A DNA stretch of 64,000 nt from Desulfobacterales bacterium (GTDB lineage: Bacteria; Desulfobacterota; Desulfobacteria; Desulfobacterales; UBA2174): positions 64,001 through 128,000 of the forward strand of contig CAXXWC010000001.1 of NCBI GenBank assembly GCA_963668645.2, read 5' to 3'. The position numbers and the translations under genes are program-made. Within the stretch, counting starts at the first letter, position 1. Each line of letters begins with the position of its first letter. Below, piece by piece: positions 49,896 to 59,632 of this stretch. A model generated the notes under the pieces. It had not been told where the DNA came from. It worked only from the letters and a program-made list of their open reading frames with translations, and did no database searches.

Positions 49896-51246
49896 CACCC
49901 AACCGCTGGCGTTGCACCGCAGCTCGGCGCGCGACTTTCTCTACTGCCAGCCCGACCCGAGGCAGCCGCAGCGCACCACGGTCTTTCCGGATCCGCAGTT
50001 TTGCGGCCGCCTCGACGGGGTCGCGGATCTTCTGGTGGGATCGGCCTTTATCACCCGGGCCACGGCCCTGCTCGAACCGCTGGCCGGATTCGCCACGGTG
50101 GTCCTGCGCCTCGACGGCAGTGAAGACAGCCCTGCGGAATCCGAACCGCTCCCATCCATGGAGCCCCAGCGGATCCTGGCCGAATGCCTGGGCGGCCGGC
50201 AGTCCGGGACCGATCAGCTCTGGGGCTGGCTCGACCGGGACATCTTCGGCTGGATCCTGCCCCAAAGCGGCGGCACCGAAGCCCTGGATCAGTTCAGCCA
50301 AATCCAGGCTTCCCTGGCGGCCCGATCCAGCACCACGGTCTCGGCCGGAGTGGCGGTTTACCCCTGCCTGAGCTTTTCCAAGTCCCAGATGCTCGAAAAC
50401 GCGCGCAAGGCCCTGGACCACGCCGCCTTTTTCGGGCCGGGCCAAAGCGCCCTTTTCGACGATGTGACCCTGAATATCAGCGGCGATCAGCGCTACCAGC
50501 ATGGCGACATCAACGGGGCCATGGCCGAGTTCAAAAAGGCCCTGGCCCTCAACCCGGACAACGTCAACGTGCACAACAGCCTGGGGGTCTGCTACGGGGT
50601 CCTGGGGGCCTACGATTCGGCCCTGCACTGCTTTGAAACGGCCCTGGAAAAGGCCCCCCAGGACCTCATGGCCTTGTACAACGCCGGGCTGGTGCACCGG
50701 ATCCTCGGCGATGGCCAACGGGCTTTGACCTTCCTTCTTGCGGCCGGCCGCATCGGCGAACCGGTCTTCGAGGTGGCATTCCACACCGGCCGCCTCTACA
50801 TGGAAAACAAGGGGGCCGCAGAGGCCCGGCCCTTTCTCGAGTCCGCCACCCGGCTTTGCCCCCAGTCCGGATCGGCCTGGCGCCTGCTGGGTGAATGCCT
50901 GCTGAATCTGGACGCTGTCAGCGAGTCTGTCAGCGCCTACAAGCGGGCCGTCAAGCTCAACCCGGGCGACGCCGAATCGCTCAGCGCCCTGGGCTGTCTT
51001 TTCGACCGCCAGGGCGAGAATCCGGAAATCACCACCATCTTCTGCGAGCAGGCGGTGGACATCGCCCCGGAAAACGGCCTGTTCCACCACCGGCTCGGGG
51101 CCCTCTACTTCAAGCAGGAGCGCTACGACGAGGCCCTGCGCGCCTTCAGGCGGGCCGCCGAACTCGGCTCCCCGGCCGCGGCCGAAATCGAAGCGATCAC
51201 TAACCTGGGCATCACGCCTTTAGATGATGATGAGGTCAAAAACTGA
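49885..51246 (+). CDS. TPR protein with a degenerate GGDEF-like N-domain
   Basis: TVSAGVAVYP..ARKALDHA followed by several TPR-like helices. Confidence 0.75.
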   Translation: MTPDTQPLALHRSSARDFLYCQPDPRQPQRTTVFPDPQFCGRLDGVADLLVGSAFITRATALLEPLAGFATVVLRLDGSEDSPAESEPLPSMEPQRILAECLGGRQSGTDQLWGWLDRDIFGWILPQSGGTEALDQFSQIQASLAARSSTTVSAGVAVYPCLSFSKSQMLENARKALDHAAFFGPGQSALFDDVTLNISGDQRYQHGDINGAMAEFKKALALNPDNVNVHNSLGVCYGVLGAYDSALHCFETALEKAPQDLMALYNAGLVHRILGDGQRALTFLLAAGRIGEPVFEVAFHTGRLYMENKGAAEARPFLESATRLCPQSGSAWRLLGECLLNLDAVSESVSAYKRAVKLNPGDAESLSALGCLFDRQGENPEITTIFCEQAVDIAPENGLFHHRLGALYFKQERYDEALRAFRRAAELGSPAAAEIEAITNLGITPLDDDEVKN

Positions 51247-51247
51247 A

Positions 51248-51853
51248 ATGAGCGACCTTTGCGATCTGGTCCTGGCCGAGGCGGAGCAAAGCGCCACCGT
51301 CAAACGCCGCTTTTTCGAAACCCATGCCCGGAAAATCGTGGAGGCCGCCGAACTTCTGGCCGCATGCCTTACCGCCGGAGGCAAGATCCTGCTTTTCGGC
51401 AACGGCGGCAGCGCGGCCGACGCCCAGCACATTGCCGCCGAATTCGTCAACCGCTTTCGCATCGAGCGCCGCCCCCTGGCCGCCATCGCCCTGACCACCG
51501 ACACCTCGATTCTGACCAGCATCGCCAACGACTACGACTTTGAGCAGATCTTCGCCAAGCAGGTGCGCGCCATCGGCCGCAGCGGTGACGTGGCCGTCGG
51601 CATCAGCACCAGCGGCAATTCACCCAACGTGCTGGCGGCCCTGGAAGCGGCCCGGGACCTGGGGCTGCATACCATCGGCATCGGCGGCCCCGGGGGACGG
51701 ATCAGCACTGCCGCCGATCGGATCTTCGCTGTGACATCCGAAAGCACGGCCCGGATCCAGGAGACCCACATCACCCTGATGCATGTGCTCTGCGAGCTGG
51801 TGGACCGCATCCTTTTCGCCGCACCGCCGATCGCGGATGGAACCGCCCCATGA
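51248..51853 (+). CDS. gmhA: Phosphoheptose isomerase
   Basis: GNGGSAADAQH, NDY, STSGNS, IQETH. Confidence 0.94.
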   Translation: MSDLCDLVLAEAEQSATVKRRFFETHARKIVEAAELLAACLTAGGKILLFGNGGSAADAQHIAAEFVNRFRIERRPLAAIALTTDTSILTSIANDYDFEQIFAKQVRAIGRSGDVAVGISTSGNSPNVLAALEAARDLGLHTIGIGGPGGRISTAADRIFAVTSESTARIQETHITLMHVLCELVDRILFAAPPIADGTAP

Positions 51854-52812
51854 ACGATCCCATCGAACCCATCGATCTTGGCCCCTTAAAGACCTATTCC
51901 ATCTCGGAGCGGCCCAGCAAGGTCTCCCTCGAGCACCTGGGCCGGCCCTGGAGTCCGGGCGGCTCGCTGGCGGACTTCCTGCAGCGGCTGCCCGCCGTCC
52001 TGGCGGCCGGGGATCTCAAGGCTGCCATCCAGGCCCTGGCCCGGGCCGCAGGAAGCGGGAAGATGGTGATCTTCGGCATGGGGGCACATGTGATCAAGGT
52101 GGGGCTCAGCCCCCTGATCATCGATCTGATGGAGCGCGGCGTCATCGGCCTGCTGGCCCTCAACGGAGCCGGGATCATCCACGACCTGGAACTGGCCTTG
52201 GCCGGCAAGACCAGCGAGGATGTGGCCGCAGCCCTGGACGACGGGCGTTTCGGCATGGCCCGGGAAACAGGCCTTTTCCTCTCGACCGCCATCGCCCGCG
52301 CCGGCCGGGACAAAATCGGGCTGGGTGCGGCCGTGGGCCGCGAAATCATCGAGGCCGGCCTGGCCCATGCCGATGCGAGCCTGCTGGCGGCCGGGGCCCG
52401 GCTGCGGATCCCGGTGACGGTCCACGTGGCCATGGGCACGGACATCATCCACATGCACCCGGACTTCGATCCGGCCGCCGCCGGGGCTGCCAGCCACCTG
52501 GATTTCCGGCGTTTTGCCGCCGCGGTCACCCGGCTCGAAGACGGGGTTTACCTCAACCTCGGTTCGGCCGTCATTCTGCCCGAGGTCTTTCTCAAGGCCA
52601 CCAGCCTGGCGCGCAACCTGGGCCACCGCATCGACCGCATCACCACCATCAACATGGATTTCGTGCGCCACTACCGGCCGTTGACCAACGTGGTCAACCG
52701 GCCCACGGCCCGGGGCGGGCAGGGCATCAACCTGGTGGGCCACCATGAGATCATGCTGCCTTTGCTGGCCGCGGGCATCGTCGAAGCCCTCGCCGGTGCT
52801 GGGCAAAGTTGA
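51850..52812 (+). CDS. Conserved protein with a deoxyhypusine-synthase-like fold
   Basis: GAHVIKVGL, IIHDLE, GSAVILPEVFLK, GHHEIM. Confidence 0.65.
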   Translation: MNDPIEPIDLGPLKTYSISERPSKVSLEHLGRPWSPGGSLADFLQRLPAVLAAGDLKAAIQALARAAGSGKMVIFGMGAHVIKVGLSPLIIDLMERGVIGLLALNGAGIIHDLELALAGKTSEDVAAALDDGRFGMARETGLFLSTAIARAGRDKIGLGAAVGREIIEAGLAHADASLLAAGARLRIPVTVHVAMGTDIIHMHPDFDPAAAGAASHLDFRRFAAAVTRLEDGVYLNLGSAVILPEVFLKATSLARNLGHRIDRITTINMDFVRHYRPLTNVVNRPTARGGQGINLVGHHEIMLPLLAAGIVEALAGAGQS

Positions 52813-52908
52813 TTTTCGGCCAAAGATCCTTATTTTTTTTCGGTGCCTGCCCAAACCCAGGCCCGGAACACAACCTTAAAGACCAACCTCGAACCCGGAG
52901 CCATTCCA

Positions 52909-53142
52909 ATGCCCATCTATGAATATCACTGTGATCAGTGCGGCAAAAACTTCGAATGCCTGGTCTTCGGCAGCGAAACGCCCACCAGCTGCCCCCATTG
53001 CCAGGGCGCCAACGTCCAGCGCCTGATGTCGGCCTGCGGTTTCGTGAGCAAATCGACCGGGGGCCAGACGGTGAGCCGTTCGGCCGGCGCCTCGTCCTGC
53101 AGCGGTTGCAGCGCCACCAGTTGCAGCAGCTGCGGCCACTGA
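52909..53142 (+). CDS. FmdB-family zinc-ribbon protein
   Basis: MPIYEYHCDQC..CPHC..; Cys-rich tail. Confidence 0.88.
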   Translation: MPIYEYHCDQCGKNFECLVFGSETPTSCPHCQGANVQRLMSACGFVSKSTGGQTVSRSAGASSCSGCSATSCSSCGH

Positions 53143-54080
53143 TGGGACCGACCCTGACCATCGGCACCCGCGGCAGCAAGCTGGCCCTCTGGCAGGCCGA
53201 ATGGGTGCGCGACCGGATCGTTCAATTGCACCCCTCCTGCCGGGTAACCTTGCAGATCATCAAGACCCGGGGAGACAAGATTCTGGATGTCCCCCTGTCC
53301 CGGGTGGGCGGCAAAGGCCTTTTCGTCAAGGAGATCGAAGATGCCCTTCTGGACGGGCGGGTCGATCTGGCCGTGCACAGCATGAAGGACATGCCGGCCG
53401 AACTTCCCGACGGGCTGTGCATCGGCCCGGTTCCCGAGCGGGAGGACCCGGCCGACATTCTCGTCTCGCGCCAGGACCGGAAACTGGATGCGCTGCCTTC
53501 CGGGGCTCGGGTGGGCACCAGCAGCCTGCGCCGGGCGGCCCAGCTCAAACACCGGCGGCCGGACCTGGCCATCGTGCCCCTGAGAGGAAATCTGGATACC
53601 CGTCTGCGCAAACTCGAAGACCCGGACCAGGCCCTGGACGCCATTATCCTGGCCGCGGCCGGGATGCGCCGCCTCGGTCTGGCGGCGCGCATCACCCAGC
53701 GGCTCGAACCGCAGGTTGTTCTGCCGGCGGTGGCCCAGGGAGTCCTGTGCCTTGAAATGCGCCGCAACGATCCGTTTACCGCCGCCTTGCTCGCGCCTCT
53801 GGATCATGGCCCGACGCGCATCGCGGTGCGCGCCGAACGCGCCTTTTTGCGCCGCCTGGAAGGCGGCTGCCAAGTGCCCATCGCCGGGCACGCCACGGTG
53901 GCGGACGATACGGTCCATCTCAACGGCCTGGTATCCGATCTGGACGGTGCCACCGTGATCCGGCAAACCCTTTCCGGGCCGGCGGCCCAGGCACCGGTCA
54001 TCGGCATCGCCCTGGCCGAAGCCCTGCTGGCGGCCGGCGCCCGAGAAATACTGGAAACCCTCAATGCCCAAACATGCTGA
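53142..54080 (+). CDS. hemC: Hydroxymethylbilane synthase
   Basis: IGTRGSKLALWQ, GKGLFVKE, VHSMKD, GTSSLRR, LEGGCQVP. Confidence 0.96.
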   Translation: MGPTLTIGTRGSKLALWQAEWVRDRIVQLHPSCRVTLQIIKTRGDKILDVPLSRVGGKGLFVKEIEDALLDGRVDLAVHSMKDMPAELPDGLCIGPVPEREDPADILVSRQDRKLDALPSGARVGTSSLRRAAQLKHRRPDLAIVPLRGNLDTRLRKLEDPDQALDAIILAAAGMRRLGLAARITQRLEPQVVLPAVAQGVLCLEMRRNDPFTAALLAPLDHGPTRIAVRAERAFLRRLEGGCQVPIAGHATVADDTVHLNGLVSDLDGATVIRQTLSGPAAQAPVIGIALAEALLAAGAREILETLNAQTC

Positions 54081-55620
54081 AGTCCAAAAGGGAAAGGTCT
54101 ACCTGGTCGGCGCCGGCCCGGGCGATCCGGGTCTGATCACCCTGCGCGCCGTGGAGTGCATCCGCCAGGCCCAAACCCTGGTCTACGATTACCTGGCGGC
54201 CCCGGCCCTGCTCCACCATGCCCCGGCCGGCGCCGAAATGATTTACGTGGGCAAGAAGGGCGGCGACCATACCCTGGGCCAGGAGGGGATCAACGATCTG
54301 CTGGTGCAAAAAGCCGGTGCGGGCCGCGTGGTGGTGCGCCTCAAGGGGGGCGATCCGTTCATCTTCGGCCGCGGCGGGGAGGAAGCCGAAGCCCTGGTGG
54401 CCGCCGGCATCGACTTCGAGGTGGTGCCCGGGGTCACCAGCGCGGTGGCGGCCACCGCCTATGCCGGGATTCCCCTCACCCACCGCCAGTTCACCTCCAC
54501 CCTGGCCTTTGTCACCGGCCACGAGGACCCGACCAAGGCCGACACCAGCATCGACTGGGCCGCCTTGGCCCGGGGGGTCGGCACCCTGGTTTTTTACATG
54601 GGTGTCAAGAACCTGCCGCATATCGTTGAAAGGCTCGTGGCCAACGGCCGGGCGCCGCAGACCCCGGCGGCCCTGGTGCGCTGGGGCACAACGGCCCGCC
54701 AGCGCACCGTGACCGGGACCCTGGCCGACATCGTCCAGCGGGTGGCCGCCGCCGGGCTCAAGGCGCCGTGCATCATCGTCATCGGCGAGGTCGTGCGCCT
54801 GCGCGACACCTTGCAATGGTTCGAGCAGCGCCCGCTTTTCGGCCGGCGCATCGTGGTCACCCGGGCCCGGGAACAAGCCTCGGACCTGCTGGCCCACCTG
54901 GAGGCCCTGGGGGCCGAATGCCTCGAATGCCCCACCATCCGGGTCACTGCCCCGGCCGACGCCGGCGCGGCCCTGGACGGGGCCATCGAGCGTATCGGCA
55001 CCTACCAGTGGATCGTTTTTACCAGCGTCAACGGTGTCAGCCGCTTTTTCGAAAGGCTCTTTGCCAGGGGCCGGGACGTACGCGCCCTGGGCCGGATCAA
55101 GACCGCCGTGATCGGGCCGGCCACGGCCCAGCGCCTGGCCGATTTCGGGCTTTCGAGCGACATCGTACCGCAAAGCTACCACGCCGAGTCGGTGGCAGAA
55201 GCCTTTGAGGGGCTCGATCTGCACGGCGTGCGGGTCCTGCTGCCCCGGGCCGCCGAAGCCCGGCCGGTGCTGCCCGAGGCGTTGGCCCGCATGGGCGCTG
55301 CGGTGGACGAGGTGGTGGCCTATCGCACCGTGCCGGATGAATCGGGGCGCGAGTCCCTGCTGGCGGCCCTGGAAAACGGGCAGGTCGACATGGTGACCTT
55401 CACCAGCAGCTCCACCGTGCGCAACTTCAAGGCGTTGCTGCCCGCAGCCCAGGCCGCAGACCTGATGCACGGGGTCACGGTGGCCAGCATCGGCCCCATC
55501 ACCTCCCAAACCGCCGGTGAACTCGGCCTGCAGGTGGATCTGACCGCCGCCACTTACACCATCGAAGGCCTGGTGGCGGCCATCCTGGACCATTTCAGGA
55601 TACCGCAGGACAAGGGCTAG
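54064..55620 (+). CDS. cobA: Uroporphyrinogen-III methyltransferase/synthase fusion (CobA/HemD)
   Basis: VGAGPGDP and RLKGGDP, then a HemD part with FTSVNGV and FTSSSTV. Confidence 0.93.
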   Translation: MPKHAEVQKGKVYLVGAGPGDPGLITLRAVECIRQAQTLVYDYLAAPALLHHAPAGAEMIYVGKKGGDHTLGQEGINDLLVQKAGAGRVVVRLKGGDPFIFGRGGEEAEALVAAGIDFEVVPGVTSAVAATAYAGIPLTHRQFTSTLAFVTGHEDPTKADTSIDWAALARGVGTLVFYMGVKNLPHIVERLVANGRAPQTPAALVRWGTTARQRTVTGTLADIVQRVAAAGLKAPCIIVIGEVVRLRDTLQWFEQRPLFGRRIVVTRAREQASDLLAHLEALGAECLECPTIRVTAPADAGAALDGAIERIGTYQWIVFTSVNGVSRFFERLFARGRDVRALGRIKTAVIGPATAQRLADFGLSSDIVPQSYHAESVAEAFEGLDLHGVRVLLPRAAEARPVLPEALARMGAAVDEVVAYRTVPDESGRESLLAALENGQVDMVTFTSSSTVRNFKALLPAAQAADLMHGVTVASIGPITSQTAGELGLQVDLTAATYTIEGLVAAILDHFRIPQDKG

Positions 55621-55806
55621 GCCGCCCTGCCGGCTTTGGTCCTGGAACGGGGCGCCATGGCCCCGGAAGTTGAAGTCGGATTTTAAGCCGAAGCGCGGGC
55701 CGGGTCGGTTGGCCCGCCATTTTATCATGGCGTATTTTCAGACATCCGGGGCGGCAAACGGCGCGGCCCCGGCGGATCTTTTGAAACCGAGGCGGACCGA
55801 ATTTTG

Positions 55807-56964
55807 ATGGATCCGATCATCTCCCAAATGCCTGGATTTGTGCAGGCCATCGAAGCGATTCGCGAACTGGTCCTGGCCAACCTGCTCCTTTTGGGACAGA
55901 TCCCGGCGCCCACCTTCCAGGAGCAGGCCCGCACCACGGCCTTTCTCGAACGGTTGAGCCAGGCCCAGGTGGACGAATGCGCCACCGACGGGTACCGCAA
56001 CCCCATCGCCATCATCCGGGGCACGTCCCCGGCCCTGGCCCCCATTTTCGTCGTGGCCCATCTGGACACCCTTTTCGGCCGGGAGATCGACCACGATTAT
56101 TCCGTGAACACCGCCGAAATCGTCGGTCCGGGCGTGACGGACAATTCGGTGAGTGTGGCGGTGCTGGCCTCCCTGCCGGAAATCTTTCGCCACTTGAACC
56201 TGAGCTTCGCCTCGGACATCGTTCTGGCCGGGGTGATCCAATCCATCGGCAAGGGAAACCTGCGCGGGATCCGCCACCTGCTCAAAACCTGGCCCACCCC
56301 GATCCGCGGCGCCGTGGTGCTCGAAGGGATCGAGCTGGGCCGGCTCGACTACTATGCCGACGGCATGATCCGCGCCGAGATCGATTGCCGCACCCGCAGC
56401 AACCACGGTCACGAGCCCAGGTTCCGTGCCAGTGCCATCTTAGTGCTCAATGAAGTTCTCAACCATATCCAGGAAATCCGCCTCCCCCAACGGCCCCGTT
56501 CCCGGGTGATCGTGGGCCGCATAGAAGGCGGGGTCAAGCACGGCACCCTCCCCTCGCGGGCCACCCTGGGCCTTGAGATTCAAAGCACGGCCTACGAGAT
56601 GGTCAAATCGATCTACGACGACATCCACGACATCGTCACCGGCATCGGCTACGAGAACGAAGTCGATATGGAGATCAAGACCATCAGCAACACCAAGGCG
56701 GCCCGGCTCCCGTACAATCATCCTCTGGTCAAGAGCGCCGGGCGCATCATCTCCGCCCTGGGCATCAAGCCCACCCTGGCCCACAGCGAATCCGAGTTGA
56801 GCATCTTCCTGTCGCGCCAGATCCCGGCCGTCACGCTGGGACTGACCCACGGCGTCAATCACAACCAGATCGATGCCCGCATGGAGATCGCCCCCCTCTC
56901 GCGGGGTATCGCCCAGGTGATCGGGGTGCTGCTGGCCATGGATAGCGGGGTGTGCGATGGCTGA
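55807..56964 (+). CDS. M20/M28 peptidase-like protein
   Basis: AHLDT and GPGVTDNS; later metal ligands look degenerate. Confidence 0.7.
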   Translation: MDPIISQMPGFVQAIEAIRELVLANLLLLGQIPAPTFQEQARTTAFLERLSQAQVDECATDGYRNPIAIIRGTSPALAPIFVVAHLDTLFGREIDHDYSVNTAEIVGPGVTDNSVSVAVLASLPEIFRHLNLSFASDIVLAGVIQSIGKGNLRGIRHLLKTWPTPIRGAVVLEGIELGRLDYYADGMIRAEIDCRTRSNHGHEPRFRASAILVLNEVLNHIQEIRLPQRPRSRVIVGRIEGGVKHGTLPSRATLGLEIQSTAYEMVKSIYDDIHDIVTGIGYENEVDMEIKTISNTKAARLPYNHPLVKSAGRIISALGIKPTLAHSESELSIFLSRQIPAVTLGLTHGVNHNQIDARMEIAPLSRGIAQVIGVLLAMDSGVCDG

Positions 56965-57964
56965 CACCTGGCTGCGGCGCAACACGTTCCATTACGCCCA
57001 GTTCAAGGACCTGGAGCATCTGGTGGAAGTCAAGGTCCAAAAGGGGCTGACCGTTTCCATCTGCCTGCCGACCCTCAACGAGGAAAAGACCATCGCCAAG
57101 GAGATCATCATCCTGCGCTCGGAATTGATGACCCGCTTCCCGCTGGTGGACGAGATCGTGGTGGTCGATTCAGGCTCCACCGACCGCACCGGCGAGGTGG
57201 CCCGGGCCTACGGCGCGGCCTTTTACCGGGCTGACGAGATCCTGCCCGACCTGGAACAGCGCCGCGGCAAAGGCGAAAACCTCTGGAAGGCCCTCTACAT
57301 CACCCGGGGCGACATCATCTGCTACTTGGATGCGGACATCAAGAACATCCATCACCGTTTCGCCTACGGCCTGATCGGGCCGCTGATCCTCTACGACGGG
57401 ATCAAGTACGCCAAGGCCTTCTATGACCGGCCCCTGGCCGTGGGCCGCAACGTGGTGCGGCCCACCGGCGGGGGCCGGGTCACCGAACTGGTCATCCGGC
57501 CCCTCTTTTCCCTCTTTTTTCCCGAGTTGACCCAGATCCTCCAGCCCCTTTCCGGTGAATACGCCGCCTGCCGCGAACTGCTGGAGCAGATCTCCTTTCC
57601 CATCGGCTATGGGATCGAAACCAGCATGATCCTCGATATCTGGCAGCACTGGGGGCTGGATGTGATGTGCCAGGTGGACCTGGAAAAACGGGTCCACCGC
57701 AACCAGGACACCAAAGCCCTTGGGAAAATGGCATTCGTGGTCATGCAGACCTTCTTCCGGCGCCTCGGCCGCCTGGACCGGCTGACCCTCAAACGCGAGA
57801 TGTTCAACCAGATGATCCAGTACCGGCTGGCAGGAGAAGAGTACGAATCGGATCTTTTCACCTATGGCGGCCACGAGCGTCCCCCGATGATCCAGATCCC
57901 GGCCTACCGCCAAAAATTTCAGCGCGACGAGCCAAACGAGCCGCCCCGGAAGGATTCCCCTTGA
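56957..57964 (+). CDS. gpgS: Glucosyl-3-phosphoglycerate synthase
   Basis: LPTLNEE, DSGSTD, GKGE, DAD, GGGRVTEL, QPLSGEYA. Confidence 0.88.
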   Translation: MADTWLRRNTFHYAQFKDLEHLVEVKVQKGLTVSICLPTLNEEKTIAKEIIILRSELMTRFPLVDEIVVVDSGSTDRTGEVARAYGAAFYRADEILPDLEQRRGKGENLWKALYITRGDIICYLDADIKNIHHRFAYGLIGPLILYDGIKYAKAFYDRPLAVGRNVVRPTGGGRVTELVIRPLFSLFFPELTQILQPLSGEYAACRELLEQISFPIGYGIETSMILDIWQHWGLDVMCQVDLEKRVHRNQDTKALGKMAFVVMQTFFRRLGRLDRLTLKREMFNQMIQYRLAGEEYESDLFTYGGHERPPMIQIPAYRQKFQRDEPNEPPRKDSP

Positions 57965-58007
57965 CCGTTGACCTGTTATTCTGCCATCTGGGGTAATCAT
58001 CAAGGAC

Positions 58008-59018
58008 GTGTTCCAGGAGCATAGAGTGACCACCGAAGCCCTTATCGACCGCTTCCAGCGGCATCTGAACTATCTGCGCATCTCGATTACCGACCGCTGC
58101 AACCTGCGTTGCATCTACTGCATGCCGCGCGAATTGATTCCCAGGCTGCAGCATGCCGATGTGCTGCGCTACGAGGAGATTATCCGGGCCGCGGCCGTAG
58201 CCGCCCGGCTGGGCATCACCAAGCTGCGCATCACCGGCGGCGAGCCGCTGGTGCGCCGGGACGCCTGCGATCTTTTGGCCCGGCTCACCGCCCTGCCCGG
58301 AATCCGGGAAGTCTCGCTGACCACCAACGGGGTTCTGCTCGCCGAACGGATCGAGGCCATCCGGGCCGCCGGGGTGCGGCGCATCAACGTCAGCCTCGAC
58401 AGCCTCGACCCCCGGCGCTTCGCCGCCATCACCGGCGCCGACCATTTTCAGCGTGTCTGGGACGGGCTGCAGGCCGCCGCGGCCAGCGGGATGCACCCGG
58501 TGAAAATCAACGTGGTGGCCCTGCGCGGAGTGAACGAAGACGAGCTGGCCGATTTCGCCCGCCTGACCCTCAGCTACCCGTTCCACGTGCGCTTTATCGA
58601 GCACATGCCCATCGGCCAGAGCGACTTCAAGCCTTCGGCAGCCCTGCTGACCCCCGAGATCCAGTCCAAGCTGGCGGTGCTCGGGCCCCTGGAACCGGTT
58701 CCGAGGTCCAGGGACGACGGTCCGGCCCAGCGTTTCCGCCTGCCCGGGGCTTTAGGCGAAATCGGCTTTATCAGCGCCTTGAGCCACCACTTTTGCAGCC
58801 GCTGCAATCGGCTGCGGCTCACGGCCAGCGGCCAGCTGCGCCCCTGCCTGCTCTCGGACCGCCAGGAGGATCTGCGTACCCCGCTGCGCGCCGGGGCCTC
58901 CGATGAAGTCCTGGCCGCCGTCTTTTTGAGCGCCGTGCGCCACAAACCCGACGGCCATCACATCGGCCAAAAGATCCCGGAGGCGGTCTGCGGGCAGATG
59001 TCGGCCATCGGCGGCTGA
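58008..59018 (+). CDS. moaA: GTP 3',8-cyclase
   Basis: CNLRCIYC, TGGEP, FCSRCNRLR, C-terminal IGG. Confidence 0.96.
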   Translation: MFQEHRVTTEALIDRFQRHLNYLRISITDRCNLRCIYCMPRELIPRLQHADVLRYEEIIRAAAVAARLGITKLRITGGEPLVRRDACDLLARLTALPGIREVSLTTNGVLLAERIEAIRAAGVRRINVSLDSLDPRRFAAITGADHFQRVWDGLQAAAASGMHPVKINVVALRGVNEDELADFARLTLSYPFHVRFIEHMPIGQSDFKPSAALLTPEIQSKLAVLGPLEPVPRSRDDGPAQRFRLPGALGEIGFISALSHHFCSRCNRLRLTASGQLRPCLLSDRQEDLRTPLRAGASDEVLAAVFLSAVRHKPDGHHIGQKIPEAVCGQMSAIGG

Positions 59019-59041
59019 CAGGAAAAACGGATAGCCCGGCG

Positions 59042-59632
59042 ATGAAGATCCTTGCCGTCAGCGATGTGGTTGAACCTTCGCTCTACAAAGACTTTGATCC
59101 CGGCCGGTTTCCCGGGATCGACCTGGTATTGGCCTGCGGCGATCTGCCCCCCGAGTACCTGCGCTTTCTGGCCAACGCCTTCAATGCACCGATCTACTAT
59201 GTGCACGGAAACCACGACATCCGCCATGAGCGCAATCCGCCCACCGGGGCGATAAACATCCACGGGCGTCTGGTGGACGTCAGCGGACTGCGGGTATTGG
59301 GGCTCGAAGGATCGCGCTGGTACAACGGCGGCCCGTTCCAGTACCGTGAGCGGGAGATGCAGGCCTTGATCCGCCGCCTGCGCTTGCGCATCTGGCTGCG
59401 CGGGGCGCCGCATATCGTCGTAACCCATGCCCCGCCGCTGAACGTGGGCGATGCCGAAGACCGCTGCCACCGGGGGTTTGAAAGTTTCCACGGTCTGATC
59501 AAGCGCTACGCCCCGCGCTACCTGCTCCATGGGCATATCCATCGTTTTTTTGAAAAACCGCAAGATCGGATCACGCGCCTCCATCAAACCCGGGTGGTCA
59601 ACTGCTATGGCTATTTCGTCTTTGATTACTAG
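59042..59632 (+). CDS. Icc-like metallophosphoesterase
   Basis: AVSD, CGD, GNHD, THAPP, HGHIH. Confidence 0.88.
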   Translation: MKILAVSDVVEPSLYKDFDPGRFPGIDLVLACGDLPPEYLRFLANAFNAPIYYVHGNHDIRHERNPPTGAINIHGRLVDVSGLRVLGLEGSRWYNGGPFQYREREMQALIRRLRLRIWLRGAPHIVVTHAPPLNVGDAEDRCHRGFESFHGLIKRYAPRYLLHGHIHRFFEKPQDRITRLHQTRVVNCYGYFVFDY

